Counted from the stretch's first letter, positions 50,854 through 59,212 are shown. The stretch is DNA of 64,000 nucleotides from Chthoniobacterales bacterium (GCA_035948375.1 DASZJH010000092.1:4557-68556), one strand, 5' to 3'. Notes: a model not told the origin generated them from the letters alone. Translations and numbers: made by a program.

Positions 50854-52455
50854 CTAATCGCATTCGCACACGATCCGGAATCCGAGATCGTTACAGGAAA
50901 AGTTGGGAGCGTTGGAGCTTCTGACCGTTGTCCGTAAACTGCTGAAGCGCGATTTCCAACTCCCGCCGCGGTGAACTCGCTTGGCGCCGATGGTCGGCCC
51001 GCGCGGGTTCACTTTTGGTCCCGGTCGATACGGTTCGTAATAATCCAGGCACCATTCCCAGATGTTGCCGGCCATGTCCTCGATTCCAAATGGACTGGCT
51101 CCAAGCGGGAACGCCCCAACCGGCGACGTTTCGGCGTAGCCGCAATCGATCTCATGATCGCTCCAGGCGAAAACGGTGTTCTTGTCGGCGAAGTTTGCCA
51201 GATCCCCGCGGCCATCCTGATTTCCCCAAGGAAATTTTCGGTTGTCGGTGCCTTTGGCGGCGTATTCCCATTCCGCTTCGGTTGGCAGGCGATACTTGCG
51301 ACGTTCGCGGGTACTAAGCCAGTTGCAAAACTTGGTCGCGTCCAGGCTGCTCACGTAAATAACAGGATGCCGATCGCCAGCGCCTGGCGCGCGTTTGCTG
51401 ACATGGGCGCGGTCGAACTGCTCGTACTCCGCGTTCGTGATTAAATAACGTGCAATATAAAAACGCGTGACAGTGACATGCGACGTCGGGTGTTCGTTCG
51501 GCGCGGCGTCGTCGGCTTCGCTGCCCATCGTAAATTCCGCCGACGGAACAAAGATCATCATTGCTCCGAGTGAGTTAGTGAAGTTGCTGTAACGCGAACG
51601 TTCCAGATCAGCGTTGTGTTCGAATTTTGCCGGCAACGGTTTCTCCTGAACCGGCGGCTGGGCCGCCGCCGTCTTGATCTCGATCTTCGGAGCCGCCGGC
51701 TTTGGCAGCGCGGCCATGGCTTTCTCGTCGGCTTCCTCGAGGTAAAGATCGACAAGATCCTCGGCTTCGCCCGGATCGAGGCCGAGGTTCTCGGCCATGT
51801 CGATGAAGGTGTCGCGCTGGTCGTCACTCATGCTCATGCTGTCGAGATTGCTCAGACGCAGCATGCGCAAGAATTCTTCCTGAGGATTTGAGGTCGCCGG
51901 TGTTGCGGAAAGCTCCGACAAGTGCGTCGTCGGCGACGCAACTACCGCGCGTTGAGCGCCTGTTTCATGCAATGCGTCCTCGATCAACGAAGTAACCTGC
52001 GCTTCGCTAAGGGCGCGATCGATTCCAAAGCGGATGAGATTTTTCTCCTCGTCAACGCTAAGGACACCGCCGGCCAGCGCAAATTCGAGATACTTTCGAA
52101 ATTCGGCTACCGCAGCATCGTGTTGTTGGGCAGCCAATTGCTCATCAACAAATTTGCGCCGTTCGGGGTCGAGAAGTTCCAGCCGCGCTTCGGTTAGATA
52201 CCGGGACGATTCCTCCAAGCCCACCCACAGCATCTGCGCCAGTGGATTGCTCGGTTGATTTTTGAGCGGCAGTTTTTTTTGCCACCAACGCATCAATTCG
52301 CGGCAATGCTCTTCGATCAGCTCATTGCTCGGATTGGCATAGGGATCGAGGCAGAGCCGATCATAAAAATTCGCTGATCGGTAGTTATTCCAGCCTTGCC
52401 ACTTTCGCGGGTCATCTGGGAGCGGAAGCGGAAAGGAAATATCGCACTTGCTCAT
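50854..52455 (-). CDS. J-like domain (no HPD), tandem helical repeats and a C-terminal FGE-sulfatase (C-type-lectin fold) domain lacking the catalytic cysteines
   Basis: 533-aa ORF. aa 28-107 are J-domain-like (NFYDRLCLDPYANPSNELIEEHCRELMRWWQKK...LLDPERRKFVDEQL). aa ~292-533 carry RLPTEAEWEYAAKG, GNIWEWCLD, RGGSW and LGFRIV. It starts 3 nt downstream of the Hsp70 gene. Confidence 0.85.
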   Translation of the reverse strand: MSKCDISFPLPLPDDPRKWQGWNNYRSANFYDRLCLDPYANPSNELIEEHCRELMRWWQKKLPLKNQPSNPLAQMLWVGLEESSRYLTEARLELLDPERRKFVDEQLAAQQHDAAVAEFRKYLEFALAGGVLSVDEEKNLIRFGIDRALSEAQVTSLIEDALHETGAQRAVVASPTTHLSELSATPATSNPQEEFLRMLRLSNLDSMSMSDDQRDTFIDMAENLGLDPGEAEDLVDLYLEEADEKAMAALPKPAAPKIEIKTAAAQPPVQEKPLPAKFEHNADLERSRYSNFTNSLGAMMIFVPSAEFTMGSEADDAAPNEHPTSHVTVTRFYIARYLITNAEYEQFDRAHVSKRAPGAGDRHPVIYVSSLDATKFCNWLSTRERRKYRLPTEAEWEYAAKGTDNRKFPWGNQDGRGDLANFADKNTVFAWSDHEIDCGYAETSPVGAFPLGASPFGIEDMAGNIWEWCLDYYEPYRPGPKVNPRGPTIGAKRVHRGGSWKSRFSSLRTTVRSSNAPNFSCNDLGFRIVCECD

Positions 52456-52458
52456 CGC

Positions 52459-54021
52459 CTAGGTGACGTGGAGTTCGTCCAACCCAGACGTGGCTTTATC
52501 GATATCTTTTGGATCCAGACCGGTGTTGCGGTCTATTGTCACCTGGGCGCTGTTGCCGGCGGCTTCTACCTGTACTTCCAACACCTGGTTGGCGTTATAT
52601 TGATAAGTCAATTGGACCGGAGAGCCCTTCGGCAAATATGGAGGCAGCTTAATGTCACAAACTCCCAGCGGAGTACATTCCGCGGGCACAGTGCTCTCAC
52701 CTTCCACAACTTTGACGATGGCGTGCTGCATGTTTGCGTCGGCTGTGCCAAACGAATTCTTCAACGTCGCCGGAATTGGCGTCATCTTGCGAATCATCGG
52801 GAACACGTATTCATTAAGGTGCTTTTCGTCCCAAAGCACGACGCCCAGCGTGTGCGAGGTGATGTCGGTAACTTCGATCAATCCACCATCAAGCCCCGAA
52901 AATCGTCGACGGACATCCGCGTCTACGACCCGCGCGCCGGATACGTTTTCCTCGGCCAAGATTGACAAAATGCCCTGAATCGCGGCGCCGCGTGCCACCA
53001 CTTCGTCAGGATTCAATTGATCGACCAGTGGCACGGAAGCAAAATTCGACATCATCGCGCGGATCATCGGCATTCGTGTCATGCCGCCGGCCAGAAGCAC
53101 CTTGTCGATCTTGTCCCATTTCAATTTCGCTTCCTGCATCACCATTTCGCAGATGGTTTTGCATTTCTCGACCAGGTGACGCGTTCGCTTCTCAAAATCC
53201 TTGCGCGTCAACGTCAACTTCACGCTCTTGCCGCCGTGGTGGTAAACGATGGTTGTGCTGTTGCGACTGGAGAGCTGGATCTTGGCCGACAGGGCGCGAT
53301 TGTGCAGATCCTGATAGCTGTGCAAATCTAGCAACGGATTCTCGCCGTGAAGGTGATCAAATTCCTCCGCGATCAGATTTACAATTACATCGTCCCAATC
53401 TTTTCCGCCCAACCGATGATCGCCGTTGGTCGCCACCATCTCGATCTTGTGATCGATGATGCGCATGATCGTGACGTCGAACGTGCCGCCGCCGAGATCG
53501 AAAACAAATACGGTCTGGTTTTCATCGAGCTTATCCAGGCCATAAGCCAGTGCTGCGGCCGTGGGCTCGTTGATAATTTGAAGAACATTCAGCCCGGCCA
53601 ATTGACCGGCAGTAATCGTGGCGGTGCGTTCGGCGTCGTTGAAGTAGGCCGGCACCGTGATGACGGCGTCCGTCACCTTCTGATCGAGATATTTTTCCGC
53701 GTCGGCCTTTAGCTTCCTGATGATCAGTGCCGAAAGCTCTTCGGCTGAATAAACCTTGCCGTTAAATTCGCGGTGAAATTGGTCTTTCGGTTTGCCGATT
53801 TCGCGCTTCACAAAATCGACAATCTTCTCCGGCTCGGCGACCGCATTGTTCTTGGCCACGGTGCCGACGATTACGTTACTGCCATCGAAGAAAATCACTG
53901 ACGGAGTGATCCGTTCGGTTTCTGAGTTGGGAATGATTTGCGGTTTGCCGTAACTATCAATGTGGGCAATGGCGGAAAAGGTCGTGCCGAGATCAAGTCC
54001 AACTACTTTGCGTGCACTCAT
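52459..54021 (-). CDS. Hsp70-family ATPase paralogue (HscC-like, lacking the C-terminal helical lid)
   Basis: 520-aa ORF with motifs DLGTTFS, VITVPAYFNDAER, INEPTAAALAYG, VFDLGGGTFDV and LAGGMTRMP. It ends shortly after a beta-sandwich region. Confidence 0.93.
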   Translation of the reverse strand: MSARKVVGLDLGTTFSAIAHIDSYGKPQIIPNSETERITPSVIFFDGSNVIVGTVAKNNAVAEPEKIVDFVKREIGKPKDQFHREFNGKVYSAEELSALIIRKLKADAEKYLDQKVTDAVITVPAYFNDAERTATITAGQLAGLNVLQIINEPTAAALAYGLDKLDENQTVFVFDLGGGTFDVTIMRIIDHKIEMVATNGDHRLGGKDWDDVIVNLIAEEFDHLHGENPLLDLHSYQDLHNRALSAKIQLSSRNSTTIVYHHGGKSVKLTLTRKDFEKRTRHLVEKCKTICEMVMQEAKLKWDKIDKVLLAGGMTRMPMIRAMMSNFASVPLVDQLNPDEVVARGAAIQGILSILAEENVSGARVVDADVRRRFSGLDGGLIEVTDITSHTLGVVLWDEKHLNEYVFPMIRKMTPIPATLKNSFGTADANMQHAIVKVVEGESTVPAECTPLGVCDIKLPPYLPKGSPVQLTYQYNANQVLEVQVEAAGNSAQVTIDRNTGLDPKDIDKATSGLDELHVT

Positions 54022-54148
54022 GAGTCGAAAAAAATCGCGTGGATCCTGTGGGATTGAATTCTGCGGGGTTGGTAGTGCAGTTTTCGTGCCTCAGAGGAGG
54101 CGGAATTTTCGTAAACTCCGCAAGTAGACCGACAAGCGCCGGACCGCC

Positions 54149-54844
54149 TCAGCCGAAGCGTTTTGCGATGACTTCCTCAGGGCGGATCAGTTTGCCGCGC
54201 CAGATGAACCCGCGTTTCACCCGCATTACGATTGTGCCGTCTTCTTCGGGGAAGTCTGCCGGTTCGTAGCTCAGTACGCGATGGTAGGCGCGATCAACCC
54301 GTTCCCGCGCCTCGATCTCTCGTACATCGAAGCGATGCAGGATTTCGACCAGCGAATGGATGGCGTTCTCCAGATTGTCGCGCCACTGTGAGACGCGGCT
54401 GCGCTTTCCTTTTTCTTGTGCCGCACTCGAGAGCTGTTCGCACAACCCGTTCAGATGGTCGTAGAGATAAACGAGATCGTGAATGAACGGTTTCTGGAGC
54501 GATTCGTGCAGAAAATTGTCGCGATACTTGCGCAGCTCGGAATGCAGCGAATCGAACAATTGCTGATTGACGCTCTCAGTGTTGCGAATCAAAGACAGTT
54601 GTTCGTCGATCTTGCGTAGTTGCTTTTCAAGGGCGGTCGCGTGTGAGGTTTCCATGGCCGCTGCAAACGCTTCGAATCTGCCGAGCAAATTTTTCTCCAG
54701 CGTCCGGAGCTGTTCCGCCACCGGCTCCGCAGACTGGTCGTCCCCCACAATCATTGGGGACGTGGGCAACGTTTTCTCAGCCTCAGCGCTCAGCTGCTGC
54801 ATCGCGGCCGTAAAATCTTCTTCGACTTTAATGGCTTTACTCAC
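54149..54844 (-). CDS. GrpE-like nucleotide exchange factor
   Basis: 231-aa ORF with a GTG start in a GTGA overlap with the cobA/hemD stop. Its helical part (LHSELRKYRDNFLHE...LVYLYDHLNGL) and beta-domain (RFDVREIEARERVDRAYHRVLSYEP...GTIVMRVKRGFIWRGKLIRPEEVIAKR) are colinear with GrpE. Confidence 0.8.
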   Translation of the reverse strand: MSKAIKVEEDFTAAMQQLSAEAEKTLPTSPMIVGDDQSAEPVAEQLRTLEKNLLGRFEAFAAAMETSHATALEKQLRKIDEQLSLIRNTESVNQQLFDSLHSELRKYRDNFLHESLQKPFIHDLVYLYDHLNGLCEQLSSAAQEKGKRSRVSQWRDNLENAIHSLVEILHRFDVREIEARERVDRAYHRVLSYEPADFPEEDGTIVMRVKRGFIWRGKLIRPEEVIAKRFG

Positions 54845-56370
54845 GGCGCTTTCTCAGCTGCGAAAAATTTTCGGATCGCTTCAACCAAGCCTTCGATGTC
54901 GTGGCGCCGCGCTTCGATGTCGATCTTCAGCCCACGGTCGCGCGCAGTTTTGGATGTAATTGGCCCAATGCTCGCCACTCGAATTCCTTTTGGCCAGGCC
55001 AGGCCCAGCGCGAGAAAATTTTCCACCGTGGAAGAGCTGGTGAAGGTGATCAAATCCGCCCCCTCTTCCAAAAAACGGCGACGCGCGCCAGTAATGTCGC
55101 GCGTTTCCGGAACAGTTCGATACGCAGATGCTTCATCGACAATGGCCCCCAGCTTGGACAATTCCCTCGGTAGCACGTCCCGCGCCTTTTCCGCCCGCGC
55201 TATCAGGATTCGCAAATTTTCCACGCCTCCCTGCTTTCGAAATTCGCCCACCACAGCCTCTGCCACGAATTCATCCGGCTGAACATCGACATGCAGATGA
55301 AAATCTCGCACGCGCTGCGCAGTCGCCGGCCCGATTGCGGCGATCTTTGCCGCGCCAATCTCGCGCGCGTCGTCGTAAAGCTTGAAGAACATCTCGAAGA
55401 AGGCGTCGACGCCGTTTGGACTCGTGAACACGATCCAGTCGTAGGTGTGCGCGTCCTGAACCAGCTCGCCGAATTCGCGCAAGTCGGTTGGCGGGTCGAT
55501 TCGAATCGTTGGTAATTCGATAACATCCGCGCCGAGCACGCGAAGCTGACTGGTCAGCGCGCCAGCCTGCTTTCGGGTTCGCGTAACCACGATTCGTTTC
55601 CCCGACAGCGGCCGCTGCTCGTACCAATTTAAGTGTTTGCGCAGCCCGACCACATCTCCGAACACGGCGACGGCCGGCGCCTCGAATTCCGCTTCAATCG
55701 CGCGCCTAGCAATGTTTTCCAAAGTTCCCGTCAACGTTTGTTGGCGACCGGTCGTTGCCCAACGTACCAGCGCCACCGGCAGATCAGGTCGCACTCCCTT
55801 CCCCATCATCTCGCGCGTAATCGACTCAAGTCTCTCAACGCCCATCATCATCACTTGCGTCCCGCCCAACTTCGCCAGCGCCGAATAATCAATCGCGCTC
55901 TCTAATTTAGAAGGATCCTCATGGCCGGTGAAAAATGTGACGTGGGAATTTTCGGCGCGATGAGTCACCGGAATTCCGGCATAAGCAGGTCCGGCGATCG
56001 CCGACGTGATTCCTGGAACAATCTCGAAGGCAATTCCCGCATCGACAATCGCCTTGGCCTCCTCAGCGCCCCTACCGAAAACGAACGGGTCCCCGCCTTT
56101 CAATCGGACGACTTCTTTTCCCGCGCGCGCCTTTTCGGTGAGCAGTTTGTTGATTTCATCCTGACTCAGCGCGTGCTCGCCCGCTTTTTTCCCGGCATAA
56201 ATAATTTCCGCGGCGTCGCGCGCCCACCCCAGCATCTCCGGATTCGCGAGATGATCGTAAACAATGACGTCTGCGTGCTCCATGCACTCCTTTGCCCGCA
56301 ACGTGACCAGTCCAAGATCGCCCGGGCCAGCGCCTACTAAGTAAACTCTTCCACTCTTAGTCGTACTCAT
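54841..56370 (-). CDS. cobA/hemD: Fused uroporphyrinogen-III C-methyltransferase / uroporphyrinogen-III synthase
   Basis: 509-aa ORF. The N-terminal half has the SUMT signature VYLVGAGPGDLGLVTLRA...VRLKGGDPFVFGRG. The C-terminal half is HemD-like (GKRIVVTRTRKQAGALTSQL...). Confidence 0.92.
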   Translation of the reverse strand: MSTTKSGRVYLVGAGPGDLGLVTLRAKECMEHADVIVYDHLANPEMLGWARDAAEIIYAGKKAGEHALSQDEINKLLTEKARAGKEVVRLKGGDPFVFGRGAEEAKAIVDAGIAFEIVPGITSAIAGPAYAGIPVTHRAENSHVTFFTGHEDPSKLESAIDYSALAKLGGTQVMMMGVERLESITREMMGKGVRPDLPVALVRWATTGRQQTLTGTLENIARRAIEAEFEAPAVAVFGDVVGLRKHLNWYEQRPLSGKRIVVTRTRKQAGALTSQLRVLGADVIELPTIRIDPPTDLREFGELVQDAHTYDWIVFTSPNGVDAFFEMFFKLYDDAREIGAAKIAAIGPATAQRVRDFHLHVDVQPDEFVAEAVVGEFRKQGGVENLRILIARAEKARDVLPRELSKLGAIVDEASAYRTVPETRDITGARRRFLEEGADLITFTSSSTVENFLALGLAWPKGIRVASIGPITSKTARDRGLKIDIEARRHDIEGLVEAIRKFFAAEKAP

Positions 56371-57311
56371 GCTCTTACTCGGATTTGCTCGAGTACCTGT
56401 GCAGCCAATTTCTCCGCATCCTCGCTTGGCCCGTTAACGAAAGCCTGCCGCGGCGCGGTTGCTCCCGGATCAAAGATTTGCCCATGGATTTTCATTGTCG
56501 ATCCTTCGATCGTTGCCAAGACCCCGACGGGTTGATTGCAATCAGCGTCTACCAACCGCAAGAACTCGCGTTCTGCTCGCAAGCTCAGCCGCGTGTCGAA
56601 ATCGTTGATCGGCTCGAGCATTTCTCGGAGTTGTTGATTGTCGGAGCGAATTTGCATTGCCACAACGCCTTGCCCGCCCGCGGGCACGAAAATTTCAGGC
56701 GAAAGAAGTGTCGTGAAAAATTCATTGTTCTCGAACTCGATTCGCCGGCGTTCGGCTTTCAGCCCGAGCCGTTGCAAACCGGCGTTAGCCAGGATAATCG
56801 CGTGCCAACGATCAGTCGCCAGCTTGCGCAAACGAGTCGGCACGTTGCCCCGAAGATCGACAATCTCCAGGTCCGGCCGTTTCCAGCGGAGCTGATGTTG
56901 TCGCCGAACACTTCCCGTCGCGACGATTCCGTCTTTAGGTAGCGATTCCAGATCGCTCTGCGTTGTCGCCACCAATACATCATCGACCACTGCCCGCGGC
57001 AGGACAGCTGCGATTTCGGTGCGCGGCGACAATCTGCTCGGCAGGTCTTTCGCGCTATGCACCGCCAGATCGATCTGCTTTTCAACCAGACTGCGCTCAA
57101 TTGAGTCGGTAAATAATCCCTTCCGGCCGGCCCTAACATCAACAATCGCCGTTTTTTCGTCGTCACCGCGCGTCTTAATGATTTCGATCTCGAACTTCAA
57201 ATCGGCCCACCGTGCCTGCAACGCATCAACCACCAGGCCGGTCTGCCGCAGCGCAAGCTCGCTTCCGCGCGTGCCAACTACGATTTTGATCCGGTGTGGA
57301 CGCTTCACCAC
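56367..57311 (-). CDS. hemC: Hydroxymethylbilane synthase (porphobilinogen deaminase)
   Basis: 314-aa ORF: IKIVVGTRGSELALRQT...IKTRGD...HSAKDLP...RGNV.TRL.KL. Confidence 0.95.
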   Translation of the reverse strand: MVKRPHRIKIVVGTRGSELALRQTGLVVDALQARWADLKFEIEIIKTRGDDEKTAIVDVRAGRKGLFTDSIERSLVEKQIDLAVHSAKDLPSRLSPRTEIAAVLPRAVVDDVLVATTQSDLESLPKDGIVATGSVRRQHQLRWKRPDLEIVDLRGNVPTRLRKLATDRWHAIILANAGLQRLGLKAERRRIEFENNEFFTTLLSPEIFVPAGGQGVVAMQIRSDNQQLREMLEPINDFDTRLSLRAEREFLRLVDADCNQPVGVLATIEGSTMKIHGQIFDPGATAPRQAFVNGPSEDAEKLAAQVLEQIRVRA

Positions 57312-57353
57312 GTTCCTGTAGCGGCGGTCTATGACCGCCGCAAACGCGGCCGC

Positions 57354-58424
57354 CTACAACTCCGACGCGCGCAGTGATCCGTCTCCGACTGCTGGATGTT
57401 CGGCCGTTCCTTTCGCCCGATTCAGGCCGCCCGCCATCGATTGTTCGAACTCGCCGACGTGCTGGGCAATGATCTCTTCCGCCGCGGCGATTTGTTCGCG
57501 CCGCATGGCCAACGATTGTTCGGCGATCGATTGCAACGAATCGATATCGTAAAGATAAACGCCCGCCAGATCATTCACTCCGATGTCGACGTTGCGCGGC
57601 ACGGCGATGTCGACGATGAAGAGCGGCCGATCGATCCGATCACGCAGTGTTGGCGCAAGCTTCTCCCGCGAAAGCAACGGCACTTCGGAGGATGTCGATG
57701 TAATCAGAATATCGATCTCGCGGCATTCGTTAGGCCAGGTTTCAAACGGAACGGCACGAGCCGCAGTCAATTGTGCAAGACTCTCAGCGCGTTCGCCGGA
57801 ACGATTACTCACGCGCAGATCGGCCACGCCGCGGGAAACCAATGCGCGCGCCGTCCTTTCGCTCGTTTCCCCGGCGCCAAGCACGAGCACTTTGCAGTTC
57901 CGAAGGTCGCCAAAAATCTTCTGAGCAAGATCGACCGCGACCGACCCGACCGACACCGCACCGCGGGTAATGTCAGTGTGCGTCCGAACTTGTTTGGCCA
58001 CACGAAAAGCGCGTTGAAACAGTCGGTGCAGGTGCGAACCAGCCGCGCCTGATGAGCTCGCCGCTTCATAAGCCTTTTTTGCCTGACCGAGAATTTCCGT
58101 TTCACCAACAACCATCGAATCGATTCCACACGTCACACGAAACAGATGACGAACACATTGCGCGTCTTCATATCGATAGAACGGGGCCGATTCGCGCGAA
58201 GCGTGGATGTCGATCTTCCGATCGAGACAGCGCGCAATGTCCAATGTCGAAACGCGTGATTCCGATGCGCCGTAGACTTCAACCCGATTACATGTCGCCA
58301 ATAGCAGCGCTTCAGCGCAACCAGACTTTCGCAACAGGGAATCGATCTCGGCGTTGCCGCCAAAACGTTCCAATGTCGCGACATCCGCTGTGTGATAGCT
58401 CACGCCGACACAAAAAAGATTCAT
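57354..58424 (-). CDS. hemA: Glutamyl-tRNA reductase (short form, 356 aa)
   Basis: ATG at 58424 (ATGA overlap with the upstream stop) gives MNLFCVGVSYHTADVATLERF. The catalytic Cys lies in LLATCNRVEVY and the NADPH motif is VLVLGAGETSE. Confidence 0.93.
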   Translation of the reverse strand: MNLFCVGVSYHTADVATLERFGGNAEIDSLLRKSGCAEALLLATCNRVEVYGASESRVSTLDIARCLDRKIDIHASRESAPFYRYEDAQCVRHLFRVTCGIDSMVVGETEILGQAKKAYEAASSSGAAGSHLHRLFQRAFRVAKQVRTHTDITRGAVSVGSVAVDLAQKIFGDLRNCKVLVLGAGETSERTARALVSRGVADLRVSNRSGERAESLAQLTAARAVPFETWPNECREIDILITSTSSEVPLLSREKLAPTLRDRIDRPLFIVDIAVPRNVDIGVNDLAGVYLYDIDSLQSIAEQSLAMRREQIAAAEEIIAQHVGEFEQSMAGGLNRAKGTAEHPAVGDGSLRASEL

Positions 58425-59212
58425 GGCGTGTGCGTTTGGGCCGTGAACGTAATTCCCCACAAGAGTGTCAAGGCCGCGCTAAAGCCGACGATGCAAAGTG
58501 CCGCCACACGTTTTGGGGCAAACCAGCGCAGATAGCGGCCCTGCAAAATCAGCGCATACAAGATCCAGACGCCGATTGCGCAGATGATTTGCGGCCACGG
58601 CAATGGCTCGCCCACAAAAAATCCGCTGATTAATCCGAGCGTATAAAGAACGAAACCCCACCACAGAAGTCGCGTGATCGCCGCGAAAAGGTCGGTCAGC
58701 GGCGGCAAATGAAAAAAGATCGAGTGGAGATGGTGAGTCTTGAGCTGACGCTCTTGGACGAGATACATCACGCCGGCGATGCCGGACAACGCGAAAGCCC
58801 CGTAAGCGACCAGCGACATAGACGCATGAAATTCCAGCCACGAATTCGCCGGCAACTTCGGCCGATGTGGATGATCGATCGGCGCGATTAGCGCAAAAAT
58901 TTGGAGTAAGGCAACGACCGGCGCGGTGAATGCGCCCATGAGCGACAGCCGATACGCCGGACCCACTACGATGTAGAAAAGCGCCACCGACCACGCGACG
59001 AAAATGATGACTTCAAACAAATTTGTGATCGGGCAGCGGCCGAGTTCGCGTCCACGGATCGACAGAAACGCGGTTTGAAGAATGAAGCCGAGACCGACCG
59101 CAAAAAAATTGAACCGCATCGGCCGAAAGATGCCGCCACGGATCTGGACAACAGTGTGCGCAATCGCCGCCAGAAAACAGACAGTTGAAGCAATGAGAAG
59201 ATATCGATCCAC
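58421..59212 (-). CDS. Cytochrome c assembly (CcsA/HemX-like) integral membrane protein
   Basis: 263-aa ORF with about 8 TM helices. Its position directly upstream of hemA recalls B. subtilis hemX. Confidence 0.75.
   Translation of the reverse strand: MDRYLLIASTVCFLAAIAHTVVQIRGGIFRPMRFNFFAVGLGFILQTAFLSIRGRELGRCPITNLFEVIIFVAWSVALFYIVVGPAYRLSLMGAFTAPVVALLQIFALIAPIDHPHRPKLPANSWLEFHASMSLVAYGAFALSGIAGVMYLVQERQLKTHHLHSIFFHLPPLTDLFAAITRLLWWGFVLYTLGLISGFFVGEPLPWPQIICAIGVWILYALILQGRYLRWFAPKRVAALCIVGFSAALTLLWGITFTAQTHTP

Noticed and set aside
54022-54148. 127-nt spacer between the GrpE-like and Hsp70 genes as a terminator or small gene
   Set aside because: It has only 5-bp stems (GCGGA/TCCGC, GCCTC/GAGGC), no U-tract and no plausible ORF. 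I cannot call a feature there.
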